Origin: an uncultured Spirochaetota bacterium
GTDB lineage: Bacteria > Spirochaetota > Spirochaetia > SZUA-6 > Fen-1364
Direction: 5' to 3'
Assembly: GCA_963745235.1 (NCBI GenBank)
Contig: CAVUXE010000052.1
Coordinates: forward strand, 96,001 to 160,000
Length of the DNA: 64,000 nt
Of this stretch, positions 62,199 through 64,000 are shown one piece after another. A program made the translations under genes and the position numbers. The number at the start of each line of letters is the position of its first letter. Position 1 is the first letter of the stretch. The notes below the pieces were generated by a model. It ran no database searches, had not been told where the DNA came from, and saw only the letters and a program-made list of their open reading frames with translations.

Positions 62199-63503
62199 GT
62201 GGTGGTCGAATCACTATCGCGCATCCAGTTCGCCAGCGTCGCCATCTTCCACTTCCTTTTCGTCCCTCTCACCCTCGGTCTCAGCACCCTCGTTGCAATC
62301 ATGGAAACGATGTACGCGAGGACGGGTGATGAGACATACCTGAAGATGACCCGGTACTGGAGCAGGCTGTTCCTGGTCAACTTCGCGGTCGGGGTGGTGA
62401 CGGGGATCACGCTGGAGTTCCAGTTCGGAATGAATTGGGCGGAGTACTCGAAGTTCGTGGGGGACATCTTCGGCGCGCCCCTGGCCATCGAGGCCACTGT
62501 CGCGTTCTTCCTGGAGTCGACCTTCATCGGAGTCTGGATGTTCAGCTGGAAGCGGGTTTCCCGCGGCGCGCACGCCGCCATCATGTGGCTCGTCGCCTTT
62601 GCCAGCACGCTGTCCGCGCTGTGGATCCTCCTGGCCAACGGGTGGATGCAGAAGCCTCGCGGCTACGTCATTTCCGGCGGACGCGCGCAGCTCTCCGACT
62701 TCGGGGCACTGATCTGGAACCCGTACGCGTGGATCAAGTTCTTCCACGTCATCATGGCCGCCTGGACGCTCGCCGCCTTTTTTGTCATGGGGATTTCCGC
62801 CATTCACATGCTGCGGGGCAGGAACAGCGAGATGGTGCGGAAGTCTTTCCGACTGGCGGCGCCCTTCGGGCTCATCGCCTCCGTGCTCATCATCGTCGCC
62901 GGAGACCTTTCGGGCGTCCAGGTGGCGAAGTTCCAGCCAACAAAGCTCGCGGCCATGGAAGCGCAATGGAAAACGCAGTCCAACGTTCCCTTTTACCTGA
63001 TGGCGCTCCCGGACGTGCGAGCGGACCGCAACAGCATCGAAGCCCTTCCCATTCCCGGCCTTTTGAGCTTCCTCGCCTACCATGATTCAACCGCGACGAT
63101 AAAGGGATTGGAGGACTTTCCGGCGCCGGAGCGTCCGCCGGTGCTGGTGACCTTCATCGCCTTTCGGACCATGGTGGCCCTGGGTTTCCTCTTCGCGCTG
63201 TGCGCCCTTCTTTCCGTCATCTTTGCATGGACAAAGACTTTTGAAACGCAACGATGGTTCCTCTGGGTCATGGCTGTCGCGCTGGTCCTGCCGTATCTGG
63301 CGAGCGAGCTGGGGTGGATCCTCGCGGAGATCGGCAGGCAGCCCTGGATCGTCTATGGGCTCCTGAAAACGGCGGACGCGTATTCCCGCTCCATCACCCC
63401 GGCGGACGTGCTGGGCTCCCTCATAGCCTTCCTGGTCATCTACGGGACCCTTGCGGCCGTGGATGCTTTCCTTCTCACCAGATACGCGCGGAAGGTGGAA
63501 TAA
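62199..63503 (+). CDS. cydA: Cytochrome bd ubiquinol oxidase subunit I
   Basis: SRIQFA...FHFLFVP; EFQFGMNW; QPTKLAAME; EIGRQPW. Confidence 0.97.
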   Translation: MVVESLSRIQFASVAIFHFLFVPLTLGLSTLVAIMETMYARTGDETYLKMTRYWSRLFLVNFAVGVVTGITLEFQFGMNWAEYSKFVGDIFGAPLAIEATVAFFLESTFIGVWMFSWKRVSRGAHAAIMWLVAFASTLSALWILLANGWMQKPRGYVISGGRAQLSDFGALIWNPYAWIKFFHVIMAAWTLAAFFVMGISAIHMLRGRNSEMVRKSFRLAAPFGLIASVLIIVAGDLSGVQVAKFQPTKLAAMEAQWKTQSNVPFYLMALPDVRADRNSIEALPIPGLLSFLAYHDSTATIKGLEDFPAPERPPVLVTFIAFRTMVALGFLFALCALLSVIFAWTKTFETQRWFLWVMAVALVLPYLASELGWILAEIGRQPWIVYGLLKTADAYSRSITPADVLGSLIAFLVIYGTLAAVDAFLLTRYARKVE

Positions 63504-63504
63504 T

Positions 63505-64000
63505 ATGGCTCTGCAGGTGCTGTGGTTTGTTCTGTGGGGAGTTCTGTGGGCGGTGTACTTCATGCTGGATGGATTCGATTTCGGGACCGGAATGCTTCGC
63601 AATTTCCTGGCCAGCGACGAGGCGGAAAAGGAGGTAGCCCTTGCAACCATCGGGCCGGTCTGGAACGGAAACGAGGTCTGGCTGATAACGGCCGGCGGAG
63701 CCACCTTTGCTGCGTTCCCGCTCACGTATGCCTCCCTGTTCAGCTTCCTGTACCTGCCCATGCTCCTGATCCTTTTCTCCCTGATCCTCAGGGGCGTCTC
63801 CGTCGAGTTTCGCGGGAAGATCGACACGCCGCGGTGGCGCGCCGTATGGGACTGGGTGCTGGCAGTCACAAGCTTCACAGCGCCGCTGGTCCTGGGGCTC
63901 GGGTTCGGCAACATCTTCAAGGGACTGCCCATTGCGCAGGACGGCTACCGGGGCAGCTTCGGAATGCTTTTCAACCCCTATGGGCTCCTGACAGCGGTCC
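63505..64000 (+). CDS. cydB: Cytochrome bd oxidase subunit II (3' truncated by window)
   Basis: YFMLDGFDFGTG; IGPVWNGNEVWLITAGGATFAAFP; LILRGVSVEFR. Confidence 0.96.
   Translation, partial: MALQVLWFVLWGVLWAVYFMLDGFDFGTGMLRNFLASDEAEKEVALATIGPVWNGNEVWLITAGGATFAAFPLTYASLFSFLYLPMLLILFSLILRGVSVEFRGKIDTPRWRAVWDWVLAVTSFTAPLVLGLGFGNIFKGLPIAQDGYRGSFGMLFNPYGLLTAV

Overview
GC-rich bacterial chromosome segment, most likely a free-living Spirochaetia. This rests on the gene order spoVG-tRNA-Gln-rplY-pth-tilS-ftsH, rpsB-tsf-frr without pyrH, and obg-nadD-yqeK-LCP-rsfS. Contents in order: the 3' part of an Mbh-like membrane-bound group 4 [NiFe]-hydrogenase operon (1-6374); a ~6.2 kb low-GC island integrated in tRNA-Pro(CGG), bounded by a 47-bp att duplication (7622-13827); a long core-gene block (14-50 kb); a small accessory islet after tRNA-Arg with an ISAzo13-family IS; an MCP, degP and cutA; and divergent cydDC / cydAB. 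The island carries a tyrosine integrase, a single-chain restriction-modification gene, a DUF6650-like gene, an FxLYD protein and several gene fragments. The most unusual observation is that the integrase is followed directly by three more diverged copies of integrase C-terminal tails, stacked head to tail, two of them visible only in alternative frames. Many single-base frameshifts, including in essential genes, point to long-read indel errors. Family assignments come from motif recognition, not database searches.
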